Shown: positions 19,499 to 27,643 of the stretch, piece by piece
Position numbering within the stretch: the first letter of the stretch is position 1
How the letters are laid out: the number at the start of each line of letters is the position of its first letter
NCBI RefSeq assembly: GCF_000009045.1
Contig: NC_000964.3
Span: 1,323,732-1,363,731, forward strand
Direction of reading: 5' to 3'
Origin: Bacillus subtilis subsp. subtilis str. 168
GTDB lineage: Bacteria > Bacillota > Bacilli > Bacillales > Bacillaceae
DNA length: 40,000 nucleotides
Position numbers and translations under genes: made by a program
The notes under the pieces: model-generated
The model's database searches: none
What the model saw: only the letters and a program-made list of their open reading frames with translations
What the model was told of the DNA's origin: nothing

Positions 19499-21562
19499 AT
19501 GGCATACGAAGAAAAAACAGACTGGCTTCCGGACGACCCAATCAACGAAGATGACGTCAACCGCTGGGAAAAAGGAATAAAAGACGCCCACACCGACCTG
19601 GCTGCCCACAAAAACGACATGAACAACCCCCACAACACAACAAAGGCGCAAATCGGGCTGGGGAATGTGGATAATGTGCAGCAGGCTTCAAAGACGGAAT
19701 TTAATGAACATAATCATGATTCAACCCGGCATATTACATCAGTAGAACGTGATGAATGGAATGCGAAGGAAACACCTGCCGGAGCCCAGTATAAGGCAGA
19801 TCAAGCTGAAGCAAACGCCAAAGCATATACAGACAATTTTGCTGCACGAAGAGATAATCCTAACCAAGTAACAAAAGCACAGGTTGGACTTGGGAATGTC
19901 GAAAATGTGAAACAAGCCTCACTAGCAGATTTTGATGCTCATTTAAGCAATTCTAAAGTTCATGTATCTGAAGGGGAAAGAAACAAATGGAATGCTGCCC
20001 AACTAATTAAACTTACTGGAGACGACGGTAAAAGAATACAACTCCAAGACGGTACAGATATTCTTACATTATCTTCTGGATTTTATTGTGCAGTTGGTCA
20101 GTCAGTTGTAAACAACCCGGTGGAAGGCGATGCAGCTTGGTATAACTACGATATTGTAGAAGGCGGTTCAGGAAGGAAAACAATAGTAGCTTACCAAAGT
20201 TGGGGAAGTATGATGTGGATTGGAATGGTTCACACTGATGGAGAATTTAGAGGATGGAAACAAATTGCAACAACAGATTTTATAGATAGAGTTCAAACAG
20301 AATTAGATCTTCATGAAAATGATAAAACTAATCCTCATTCAGTTACTAAACAACAAGTGGGTCTCGGAAATGTTGAGAATGTTAAGCAGGAGACACCTGA
20401 TGGTGCGCAAAAAAAAGCTGATACTGCTTTAAACCAATCAAAAGATTATACTAACAGCACGGCCTTTATTACTAGACCATTAAATTCAATAACCGATGCA
20501 AATGATTTAAATCTTCCGCCTGGCACTTATCGTTTAGACACTAATTACATGAATGCAAATCCAGTTTTGCAAAATCAATTTCCATTAAATGATAACAGAA
20601 CAGGTTTATTAATTATCTACCCCTCTGCAAATAAATGGGCTACACGTCAAGATTGGTTTAGCATCTCTACGAAAACACTTTATACAAGGGTAGCAGTTAA
20701 TGGTACTGATTATTCAGGGTGGTATATATTAGAGAATTCGGAAGGTTCACAAAATAAAGCGGATAAAGCTTTAGCTGATGCTAAAAACTATGTTGAAACA
20801 AATTATACAAATCAAAAGTTAACTGTTCTAACAGGATCAAATGCAATCCAAGATGCGAGAATAAGCGGAAATGATTACAAATACGGAATCACTTTTATGG
20901 ACATAGGGGCCAATAACACTACAGGATACCCGCTCACTTATGGATTTGTAAAAAATGAAAAGCATAGTAATTATCGCTTTACTCAGTATTTCTATGGAAA
21001 TGCAGACACAACTAGTGGAAGTTATGATCATGTAGGGACTTGGATCCGCCATTGGTGGGCAGATTCAGGCTGGACTGCGTGGCAAAAGATATCAGGGTTT
21101 GCTCACGCTAATATTGGGACTACTGGGCGTCAAGCCCTTATTAAAGGAGAAAATAACAAAATTAAATATAACCGTATTATAAAAGATAGCCATAAATTGT
21201 TTGATACAAAAAACAATAGGTTTGTAGCCAGTCATGCAGGAATGCATTTAGTCAGTGCTAGTTTATATATAGAAAATACTGAGCGATACTCCAATTTTGA
21301 ATTATATGTTTATGTAAACGGCACAAAGTATAAATTAATGAATCAATTTAGAATGCCTACCCCTTCCAATAACAGTGATAATGAGTTTAATGCAACTGTT
21401 ACTGGATCTGTTACAGTTCCGCTTGATGCAGGAGATTATGTTGAAATTTATGTTTATGTTGGTTATTCCGGGGATGTAACACGATATGTTACAGATTCGA
21501 ATGGAGCTCTCAATTATTTTGATGTTCTGGAGCTTGGCGGAAGAAATTACCCGAGAGTTTAG
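19499..21562 (+). CDS. xkdV: Tail fibre protein XkdV
   Basis: 687-aa protein with three NPHxxTKxQxGLGNVxNVxQ repeats typical of tail fibres, plus pyocin knob-like module. Confidence 0.93.
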   Translation: MAYEEKTDWLPDDPINEDDVNRWEKGIKDAHTDLAAHKNDMNNPHNTTKAQIGLGNVDNVQQASKTEFNEHNHDSTRHITSVERDEWNAKETPAGAQYKADQAEANAKAYTDNFAARRDNPNQVTKAQVGLGNVENVKQASLADFDAHLSNSKVHVSEGERNKWNAAQLIKLTGDDGKRIQLQDGTDILTLSSGFYCAVGQSVVNNPVEGDAAWYNYDIVEGGSGRKTIVAYQSWGSMMWIGMVHTDGEFRGWKQIATTDFIDRVQTELDLHENDKTNPHSVTKQQVGLGNVENVKQETPDGAQKKADTALNQSKDYTNSTAFITRPLNSITDANDLNLPPGTYRLDTNYMNANPVLQNQFPLNDNRTGLLIIYPSANKWATRQDWFSISTKTLYTRVAVNGTDYSGWYILENSEGSQNKADKALADAKNYVETNYTNQKLTVLTGSNAIQDARISGNDYKYGITFMDIGANNTTGYPLTYGFVKNEKHSNYRFTQYFYGNADTTSGSYDHVGTWIRHWWADSGWTAWQKISGFAHANIGTTGRQALIKGENNKIKYNRIIKDSHKLFDTKNNRFVASHAGMHLVSASLYIENTERYSNFELYVYVNGTKYKLMNQFRMPTPSNNSDNEFNATVTGSVTVPLDAGDYVEIYVYVGYSGDVTRYVTDSNGALNYFDVLELGGRNYPRV
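19625..20395 (+). repeat. Three 22-residue GLGNV(D/E)NV tail-fibre repeats in xkdV
   Basis: Copies at 19625-19690, 19856-19921 and 20330-20395. Confidence 0.9.
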
Positions 21563-21573
21563 GAGGTACCTTT

Positions 21574-21903
21574 ATGATCTTATATGATGCCATTATGTAC
21601 AAGTATCCAAACGCAGTATCGAGAAAGGATTTTGAATTGCGTAATGACGGGAACGGTTCATACATTGAGAAATGGAATCTCCGGGCGCCGTTGCCGACTC
21701 AGGCAGAACTCGAAACCTGGTGGGAAGAGCTGCAAAAAAATCCGCCGTACGAGCCGCCTGATCAGGTGGAGCTTCTCGCTCAAGAATTGTCACAGGAAAA
21801 GCTGGCACGCAAGCAGCTTGAAGAGCTGAACAAAACATTAGGGAACGAGTTGTCAGATATAAAGCTATCATTACTTTCCTTGAAAGGAGATTATGCTGAA
21901 TGA
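21574..21903 (+). CDS. xkdW: PBSX protein XkdW
   Basis: 109-aa ORF with RBS TAGGAGG immediately after xkdV. Confidence 0.88.
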   Translation: MILYDAIMYKYPNAVSRKDFELRNDGNGSYIEKWNLRAPLPTQAELETWWEELQKNPPYEPPDQVELLAQELSQEKLARKQLEELNKTLGNELSDIKLSLLSLKGDYAE

Positions 21904-22064
21904 ATTATTGGGTGCTTGCCCTCTATTATGAGTGGGCGACAACGGATATGGTGAAACAGGCTTTAGCATATGAAGACTGTTCAATTCAGGATCTGGCAGA
22001 GGGTGTGAACAAAAAGCTGATCACAGCTGACCAGTATAAAGAAATTACCGGTAAAGCCATGTAA
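21900..22064 (+). CDS. xkdX: PBSX protein XkdX, 54 aa (absent from the ORF track)
   Basis: ATG 21900 overlaps the xkdW TGA; MNYWVLALYYEWATTDMVKQALAYEDCSIQDLAEGVNKKLITADQYKEITGKAM*. Confidence 0.92.
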   Translation: MNYWVLALYYEWATTDMVKQALAYEDCSIQDLAEGVNKKLITADQYKEITGKAM

Positions 22065-22075
22065 GGCTTTTTTAT
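22053..22075 (+). terminator. Terminator-like hairpin overlapping the xkdX stop
   Basis: AAAGCC-ATGTAA-GGCTTT followed by TTTATTTT. Confidence 0.6.
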
Positions 22076-22107
22076 TTTGCCTGTTTTTAGATCAAAGGAG
22101 GATGAAG

Positions 22108-22947
22108 ATGGTGAAGTATCAATATGAATTTCCTCTCGATAAGGCTGGAAAAGCCGGCGCTGTAAAGCCCTATCGAGGAGGAAAAAATGATTTTGTGACA
22201 CCTGTTTCGAATTTGTCAGGCGTAGCGGAGATTTTAACAAATGCTGCTTTAAAGGCGACTGAGGCATACAGTCAGCTCGGGCAGGACAGGCTTGGCGCAG
22301 TTCTGATTTCGAAAGTGAAGGGCTGGGCGTATGCAGATCGTGAAGGTACGCTCTTTATAGAAGAAAGCGACAACAACAATGTTTGGACAACGACAGCAGC
22401 AGTTAATGTCGCAGCAGGCGTCCTGACAGCGACGGACTGGGTATATCTTTCTAAACGCTATTACCGTTTCCGCTATGTGAACGGGAATCTTCAGCAATCT
22501 GAGTTTGTATTATACCAATCAGTCGGTGCGGGTGAGATGGATGTGCGTGTCAATGAAAAAACGCCTTTACAGATTGACTTTGCGGAGAATCAAACACACG
22601 ATGGACGGCTGAAAGTCGAGGCTCGCAAAACATTTGACTTTGTCTTTCATGAAAATGCAGAGTCCGCCAGCGAGGGGGCTGCTTTACCTGTTGACGGTGC
22701 CGCGCATTTACTCGTTGAAGTCTACGGCACAGCAGAAATGAGCGAAGTCAAATTTTGGGGCAAATCGGTGTCAGGACAGAAACTGCCGATCAGAGGCGTG
22801 AAAACTGATGATGCTACCACTGCCTCCAGTACATTAGGAAAAGCTGAGGCATGGGCCTTTGATATTAAAGGGTTTAAGGAGATCATCATGGAGATTATCA
22901 GTATCACCGGCGGTACTCTTTCGGTAAAAGGGACCGCGGTTTCATAA
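22108..22947 (+). CDS. xepA: PBSX exported protein XepA
   Basis: 279 aa from ATG 22108 after AAAGGAGGATGAAG; sits at the head of the lysis cassette. Confidence 0.9.
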   Translation: MVKYQYEFPLDKAGKAGAVKPYRGGKNDFVTPVSNLSGVAEILTNAALKATEAYSQLGQDRLGAVLISKVKGWAYADREGTLFIEESDNNNVWTTTAAVNVAAGVLTATDWVYLSKRYYRFRYVNGNLQQSEFVLYQSVGAGEMDVRVNEKTPLQIDFAENQTHDGRLKVEARKTFDFVFHENAESASEGAALPVDGAAHLLVEVYGTAEMSEVKFWGKSVSGQKLPIRGVKTDDATTASSTLGKAEAWAFDIKGFKEIIMEIISITGGTLSVKGTAVS

Positions 22948-22999
22948 TAGTCTCGGCCCTCGGAAGGGAGGTGATCTGCATGTGAAGGAGGAGTGAGAG

Positions 23000-23269
23000 A
23001 TGCAGCAAGAGGCAGACGTGAATGTGTTTCAGCAGGATTTAGCAGACATGAAAGGCGAGCACAAAGCACTTGAGCAGAGGGTTTCCGCATTAGAACGCGT
23101 GTCTGACCGGCAAGACCAGCAAATCATGACGCTGAACGAAAAATTAAACAAAATTGAAGAAAACACCACGTGGATTAAACGCACCATCACAGGTGCCATC
23201 ATTACAGCAGTGTCTACAGGCATCATTGGCGGAGCCATCGCCATTATGTACAGCCTGCTGCAGCATTAA
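23000..23269 (+). CDS. xhlA: Hemolysin XhlA-like lysis protein XhlA
   Basis: 89 aa, coiled-coil then C-terminal TM segment (TGAIITAVSTGIIGGAIAIMYSL). Confidence 0.94.
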   Translation: MQQEADVNVFQQDLADMKGEHKALEQRVSALERVSDRQDQQIMTLNEKLNKIEENTTWIKRTITGAIITAVSTGIIGGAIAIMYSLLQH

Positions 23270-23281
23270 AGGGGGATTTTT

Positions 23282-23545
23282 ATGAACACGTTTGACAAGG
23301 GCACGGTCATCAGGACGGTGCTTCTTTTAATTGCTTTAATCAACCAGACCATGCTGATGCTCGGCAAATCACCATTGGACATTCAGGAGGAGCAGGTCAA
23401 TCAGCTCGCTGACGCTCTTTATTCAGCCGGTTCCATCGCATTTACAATTGGAACGACACTTGCCGCTTGGTTTAAAAACAACTATGTAACAGAAAAAGGG
23501 AAAAAACAGCGCGACTTGTTAAGGGACAATAATCTGACGAAATAA
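23282..23545 (+). CDS. xhlB: Holin XhlB
   Basis: 87 aa, phi29-type holin family sequence, RBS GGGGG. Confidence 0.94.
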
Positions 23546-23557
23546 GGAGAGATGAAA

Positions 23558-24451
23558 ATGGTTAACATTATTCAAGACTTTATTCCGGTTGGCGCAAATA
23601 ACCGTCCAGGCTACGCAATGACGCCGCTTTACATTACGGTGCACAACACAGCGAATACCGCAGTAGGAGCAGATGCTGCAGCGCATGCCCGCTATTTGAA
23701 AAATCCTGATACGACGACAAGCTGGCATTTTACAGTTGATGATACAGAAATTTATCAGCATCTGCCTTTAAATGAAAACGGCTGGCATGCGGGAGACGGA
23801 AATGGCAGCGGCAACCGGGCTTCTATTGGAATTGAAATTTGCGAAAATGCCGATGGCGATTTTGCAAAAGCAACAGCAAATGCCCAGTGGCTCATCAAAA
23901 CATTAATGGCTGAACATAATATCAGTCTCGCCAATGTCGTCCCTCATAAGTATTGGTCAGGGAAGGAATGTCCGCGAAAATTGTTAGATACGTGGGATTC
24001 GTTCAAAGCAGGAATTGGGGGAGGCGGCAGCCAAACTTACGTCGTGAAACAGGGCGACACACTTACATCTATAGCGAGAGCATTTGGTGTTACGGTTGCT
24101 CAGCTGCAAGAGTGGAACAATATCGAAGACCCGAATCTTATTCGCGTTGGTCAAGTATTAATTGTAAGTGCTCCATCGGCTGCTGAAAAACCCGAGCTCT
24201 ATCCGCTCCCTGATGGTATCATTCAATTGACAACACCTTATACATCAGGAGAACACGTCTTTCAGGTGCAACGAGCACTTGCGGCTCTGTATTTTTACCC
24301 TGATAAAGGCGCTGTTAACAACGGAATTGACGGCGTTTACGGACCGAAAACAGCTGACGCAGTTGCCCGTTTTCAGTCTGTTAACGGTCTAACTGCTGAC
24401 GGTATCTACGGGCCTGCGACGAAAGAGAAGATCGCAGCGCAATTAAGCTGA
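23558..24451 (+). CDS. xlyA: N-acetylmuramoyl-L-alanine amidase XlyA
   Basis: Amidase_2 domain (YITVHNTANTAVGADA...WHFTVDDTEIYQHLP), LysM (YVVKQGDTLTSIARAFGVTVAQLQEWNNI) and PG_binding_1. 297 aa from ATG 23558. Confidence 0.96.
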   Translation: MVNIIQDFIPVGANNRPGYAMTPLYITVHNTANTAVGADAAAHARYLKNPDTTTSWHFTVDDTEIYQHLPLNENGWHAGDGNGSGNRASIGIEICENADGDFAKATANAQWLIKTLMAEHNISLANVVPHKYWSGKECPRKLLDTWDSFKAGIGGGGSQTYVVKQGDTLTSIARAFGVTVAQLQEWNNIEDPNLIRVGQVLIVSAPSAAEKPELYPLPDGIIQLTTPYTSGEHVFQVQRALAALYFYPDKGAVNNGIDGVYGPKTADAVARFQSVNGLTADGIYGPATKEKIAAQLS

Positions 24452-24463
24452 TCAAAGACCATA

Positions 24464-24497
24464 AAAATCCCGGAGCCGCTCCGGGATTTATTTTTTC
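24464..24497. terminator. Terminator hairpin between the convergent xlyA and spoIIS operons
   Basis: AAATCCCGGAG-CCG-CTCCGGGATTT followed by ATTTTTT on the + strand. Confidence 0.85.
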
Positions 24498-24625
24498 TTC
24501 TTCAACTTTTTTATAATTCCAGCACTGCGCTCCCTCACCCGAAGCGAGTACCCGGAAAGCCCAAACCTTCCGTAATCAACAAACTTCACACGCCTCACCA
24601 ATTTTTTCACTGTATCACCTGACAT
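24488..24625 (-). CDS. spoIISC: SpoIISC, 45-aa third component of the SpoIIS toxin-antitoxin locus (absent from track)
   Basis: Minus-strand ORF MSGDTVKKLVRRVKFVDYGRFGLSGYSLRVRERSAGIIKKLKKKK* preceded by CAGAGGATA, directly downstream of spoIISB. Confidence 0.8.
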   Translation of the reverse strand: MSGDTVKKLVRRVKFVDYGRFGLSGYSLRVRERSAGIIKKLKKKK

Positions 24626-24672
24626 TATCCTCTGTTTGTATTTATTATATGTCACCCTTTAAGAAAAGGAAT

Positions 24673-24702
24673 AAGGACAAGAGCTGTTTTCCCTTGTCCT
24701 TT
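24673..24702. terminator. Stem-loop between spoIISB and spoIISC
   Basis: AAGGACAAG-AGCTGTTTTCC-CTTGTCCTT inverted repeat. Confidence 0.5.
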
Positions 24703-24710
24703 TAGTGTGA

Positions 24711-24881
24711 TCATGCTTTTTTTCGTTTATACTCGTCAATCAGCCGTTCGTTTTCTTTGAAGATTCTTGCTGTATGCGGACTGACTTGATAGCTTGCGAC
24801 ACTGGTGGTTGAACGTTTTTTCAGGATTTTAAACGGCTTCGCCGCTCTGGGCTCGCATCTGTTTTGAAACGCACGTTCCAT
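24711..24881 (-). CDS. spoIISB: SpoIISB antitoxin, 56 aa (absent from track)
   Basis: MERAFQNRCEPRAAKPFKILKKRSTTSVASYQVSPHTARIFKENERLIDEYKRKKA*; ATG overlaps the spoIISA TAA by one base (TAATG). Confidence 0.96.
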   Translation of the reverse strand: MERAFQNRCEPRAAKPFKILKKRSTTSVASYQVSPHTARIFKENERLIDEYKRKKA

Positions 24882-25627
24882 TATCCTTCACCTTCCTCCT
24901 CAATTGGCAGCACCAAATCATATATGCTCGTTAATGACGTAAATAGCAAATAATCAAATTCCGTGACAATGCTGTCAGACGTCAGCTTGATGACATAGTT
25001 CTGTGTCTCGATGGTAAAAGGGATGAGAACCACTTTTCCGTATTGGTCGTAATAAACATCCTTTCGATCGAGCCGTGTTTGTACATCTGCCGGATCATCC
25101 ATATGCTCGGTTAACCGGTCTTTATCAGCCTGTGTCGAATAGTGGCAAAGAGAAGCCGTTAAGTTCATTTTATCAGCATAGGTTTTCAGCAGCTTATCAA
25201 TACCTTCAGCATAAGCATCTATACTTCCATAATAAACATGGATCGGTTCGTTTTTCAATAGGTATTGGTATGTTTTCAGCCGATTGAGATACATGTGGAG
25301 CATTTCGTTGTTTTCTTCAAGAATTTCTCTTGTGTCTGTTTCAAGCTCGCTGCCGGCCAGTTTTTTGACATATGCACTTAAGAAGATAAAAGCATCAATC
25401 AAAGCAAAACTGACTGCGACAATGAGATACCGTTCCCAGTGGGTAAATAGGGAAGTGGGCTCATATGTCCAGTATACCATAGCGCCCAGAACAAACAGCA
25501 AATACCAAGTTTTCCGAATGGCGGACATTTTTTCTTTGACCTTCGCTTCGAAACGCCACGTGGCATACACGTATAACCCCAGTCCGGCCACGATGCACCA
25601 GACCATGATCTGAAAGAATAAAACCAT
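24881..25627 (-). CDS. spoIISA: SpoIISA toxin, membrane-associated killer protein (248 aa)
   Basis: Three N-terminal TM segments and cytosolic GAF-like domain; start taken at M6 of the track ORF. Confidence 0.95.
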   Translation of the reverse strand: MVLFFQIMVWCIVAGLGLYVYATWRFEAKVKEKMSAIRKTWYLLFVLGAMVYWTYEPTSLFTHWERYLIVAVSFALIDAFIFLSAYVKKLAGSELETDTREILEENNEMLHMYLNRLKTYQYLLKNEPIHVYYGSIDAYAEGIDKLLKTYADKMNLTASLCHYSTQADKDRLTEHMDDPADVQTRLDRKDVYYDQYGKVVLIPFTIETQNYVIKLTSDSIVTEFDYLLFTSLTSIYDLVLPIEEEGEG

Positions 25628-25701
25628 ATTCGAATCCCTCACATCTGAAATAGGTTCTGCTTATTGTATTCGAGAGATCCGGATGGTTTTCCTGTTCCAT
25701 C

Positions 25702-25730
25702 AAAAAAACCGCTCCTTTGACAGAAGCGGT
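25702..25730 (-). terminator. Terminator of the ykaA-pit operon
   Basis: On minus strand ACCGCT..GTCAAAGG..AGCGGT followed by TTTTTTT. Confidence 0.7.
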
Positions 25731-25736
25731 GTGACA

Positions 25737-26738
25737 TTAAAATATCATATTTAAAATAAAGTAGGCGATGGCACCAAGTGTCGCTGAAATCGGAAGCGTG
25801 ATGACCCATGTAATGAGCATTCGCTTGGCCGTACCCCAGTTTACGCCTTTTACGCGGTGGGACGCACCGACGCCAAGAATTGATGAAGAAATGACGTGGG
25901 TTGTACTGACCGGCAAATGAATAAACGTGGCGCCGAAAATAATGGCTGCTCCGGTTAAGTCAGCGGAAACACCGTTTACCGGACGGATTTTCATGATCTT
26001 TCCGCCAACGGTTTTGATGATTTTCCAGCCGCCGATTGATGTTCCGAGACCCATGGCTGTCGCGCAGGCGAATTGCACCCAGGTAGGAATATCATTAGCA
26101 GAAGTATGTAAATTCGCTGTGATGAGAGCCATTGTGATAATTCCCATTGCTTTTTGCGCATCGTTTGTTCCGTGTGTATACGATTGCAGGGCAGCTGTTA
26201 CAATCTGCACTCTGCGGAATTGCTTATTCGTTTTCGCCAAGTTGCTGTCTTTGAAAATCAGCTTAACGATGCTATAAAGAATAAAACCAAGGACAAAGGC
26301 AATAATTGGTGATAGAATCAGTGCTTCAATGATTTTAATGAAGCCCTTATAGTTTAACGCTGCAAATCCGGCTGCCGCAATGGCTGCACCGGCAATAGCG
26401 CCGATGATGGCATGGGATGAGCTGCTTGGGATACCGTAGTACCATGTGATAAGGTTCCAGGCAATTGCAGCGAGTAGCGCAGCCAAAATGACAACAGAGC
26501 CATTTTCCAGCGTATAAGGATCTACGATGTCTTTCGTAATGGTTTTGGCAACACCTGTAAACGTCATTGCTCCGACAAAGTTCATCACAGCAGCCAATAT
26601 AATGGCATGGCGCGGTTTTAACGCTTTTGTTGATACCGAAGTCGCAATTGCGTTTGCCGTATCATGAAACCCGTTGATGAAATCAAACGCCAGAGCACAA
26701 ATGACTATTAGTATCGTTAATATTAATAGAATATCCAT
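25737..26738 (-). CDS. pit: Low-affinity inorganic phosphate transporter Pit
   Basis: 333-aa PiT family: FDFINGFHDTANAIATSVSTKAL, GTNDAQKAMGIITMAL. Confidence 0.95.
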   Translation of the reverse strand: MDILLILTILIVICALAFDFINGFHDTANAIATSVSTKALKPRHAIILAAVMNFVGAMTFTGVAKTITKDIVDPYTLENGSVVILAALLAAIAWNLITWYYGIPSSSSHAIIGAIAGAAIAAAGFAALNYKGFIKIIEALILSPIIAFVLGFILYSIVKLIFKDSNLAKTNKQFRRVQIVTAALQSYTHGTNDAQKAMGIITMALITANLHTSANDIPTWVQFACATAMGLGTSIGGWKIIKTVGGKIMKIRPVNGVSADLTGAAIIFGATFIHLPVSTTHVISSSILGVGASHRVKGVNWGTAKRMLITWVITLPISATLGAIAYFILNMIF

Positions 26739-26750
26739 TTTTACCCCTCG

Positions 26751-27368
26751 TTACGCGTTTTTCATAATGATGGTTTCAAGATTATTGGCAACACTTTGAC
26801 AAGAGTCGGCGATTTCTTCAAGCGTTTCGTATATTTCACGATATTGAATGACTTTGATTGGATCTGTTTCATTTCCGAAAAGATTCTTTAATGATTTTCT
26901 GTGCAAGTTGTCACAACTGTGCTCATACTCTTTAATTTTGATTGCGTGAGGCTGAATATCCTTTAAGCGATTTTCTGCCAGCAGCTCGATCGTAATCAAA
27001 ATCTCTTTCGCACATTCTCTGATATATCCGCTGAATTTATCAATATGCTCGTCTGATGAAGTAATTGAGAAAATCTCCATCATGGCAGAGAAATGTTCGA
27101 TTCCGTCAAGCACATCATCCAAGCTGTTTGTCAGCTGAAGGATATCTTCGCGCTCAATAGGAGTGATGAACGCTTTGTTAAGCTCTTTAATCATGACATG
27201 AACATGATTGTCACCTTTTGTTTCATATTCCTTTAACGTATCTGCAAATTCTTTAAGAGTCGTTTGGTTAGTGACCTTAAAATTCACAAAATATTCTGCA
27301 GTTTCGTCTATGTTCTTTGCAATTTCTGTTAAAAGGAGTGAGAACTTATCTTTTTTTCTTCTTATCAT
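26751..27368 (-). CDS. ykaA: Pit accessory/DUF47 (PhoU-like) protein YkaA
   Basis: 205 aa from M13 of the track ORF; DUF47 sequence; cotranscribed upstream of pit. Confidence 0.9.
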   Translation of the reverse strand: MIRRKKDKFSLLLTEIAKNIDETAEYFVNFKVTNQTTLKEFADTLKEYETKGDNHVHVMIKELNKAFITPIEREDILQLTNSLDDVLDGIEHFSAMMEIFSITSSDEHIDKFSGYIRECAKEILITIELLAENRLKDIQPHAIKIKEYEHSCDNLHRKSLKNLFGNETDPIKVIQYREIYETLEEIADSCQSVANNLETIIMKNA

Positions 27369-27611
27369 TAAAAACCCTCCATAGTTTGAATGAACAATGC
27401 ACACATCAAATTATTATATAGCCTTTTGTCGAAAAAAAACAGGTAAAGTCGAAAAAAACGTATCTTGACTTTTTTGATAAATCGTGTCTCCTTATTTTGA
27501 CCTACTTCGCTTTAAAAAAACGACCCAAGTTTGCAAAAACTTTCTGCTTAACGTAAAAAGTATATCAAAAGTTGTGTTTTTCCTGTCAACTTTTATCTTC
27601 TGTTTCACCAA

Positions 27612-27641
27612 AAAACGGTTCCCTAAACAAGGGAACCGTTT
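27612..27641 (-). terminator. Terminator of steT
   Basis: AAACGGTTCCCT-TGTTT-AGGGAACCGTTTTTT on the minus strand. Confidence 0.85.
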
Positions 27642-27643
27642 TA

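Noticed and set aside
24450-24711. Phage attachment site (att) at the right end of PBSX
   Set aside because: Only the right side is in view, so no direct-repeat partner can be tested; the palindromes here are better explained as terminators.
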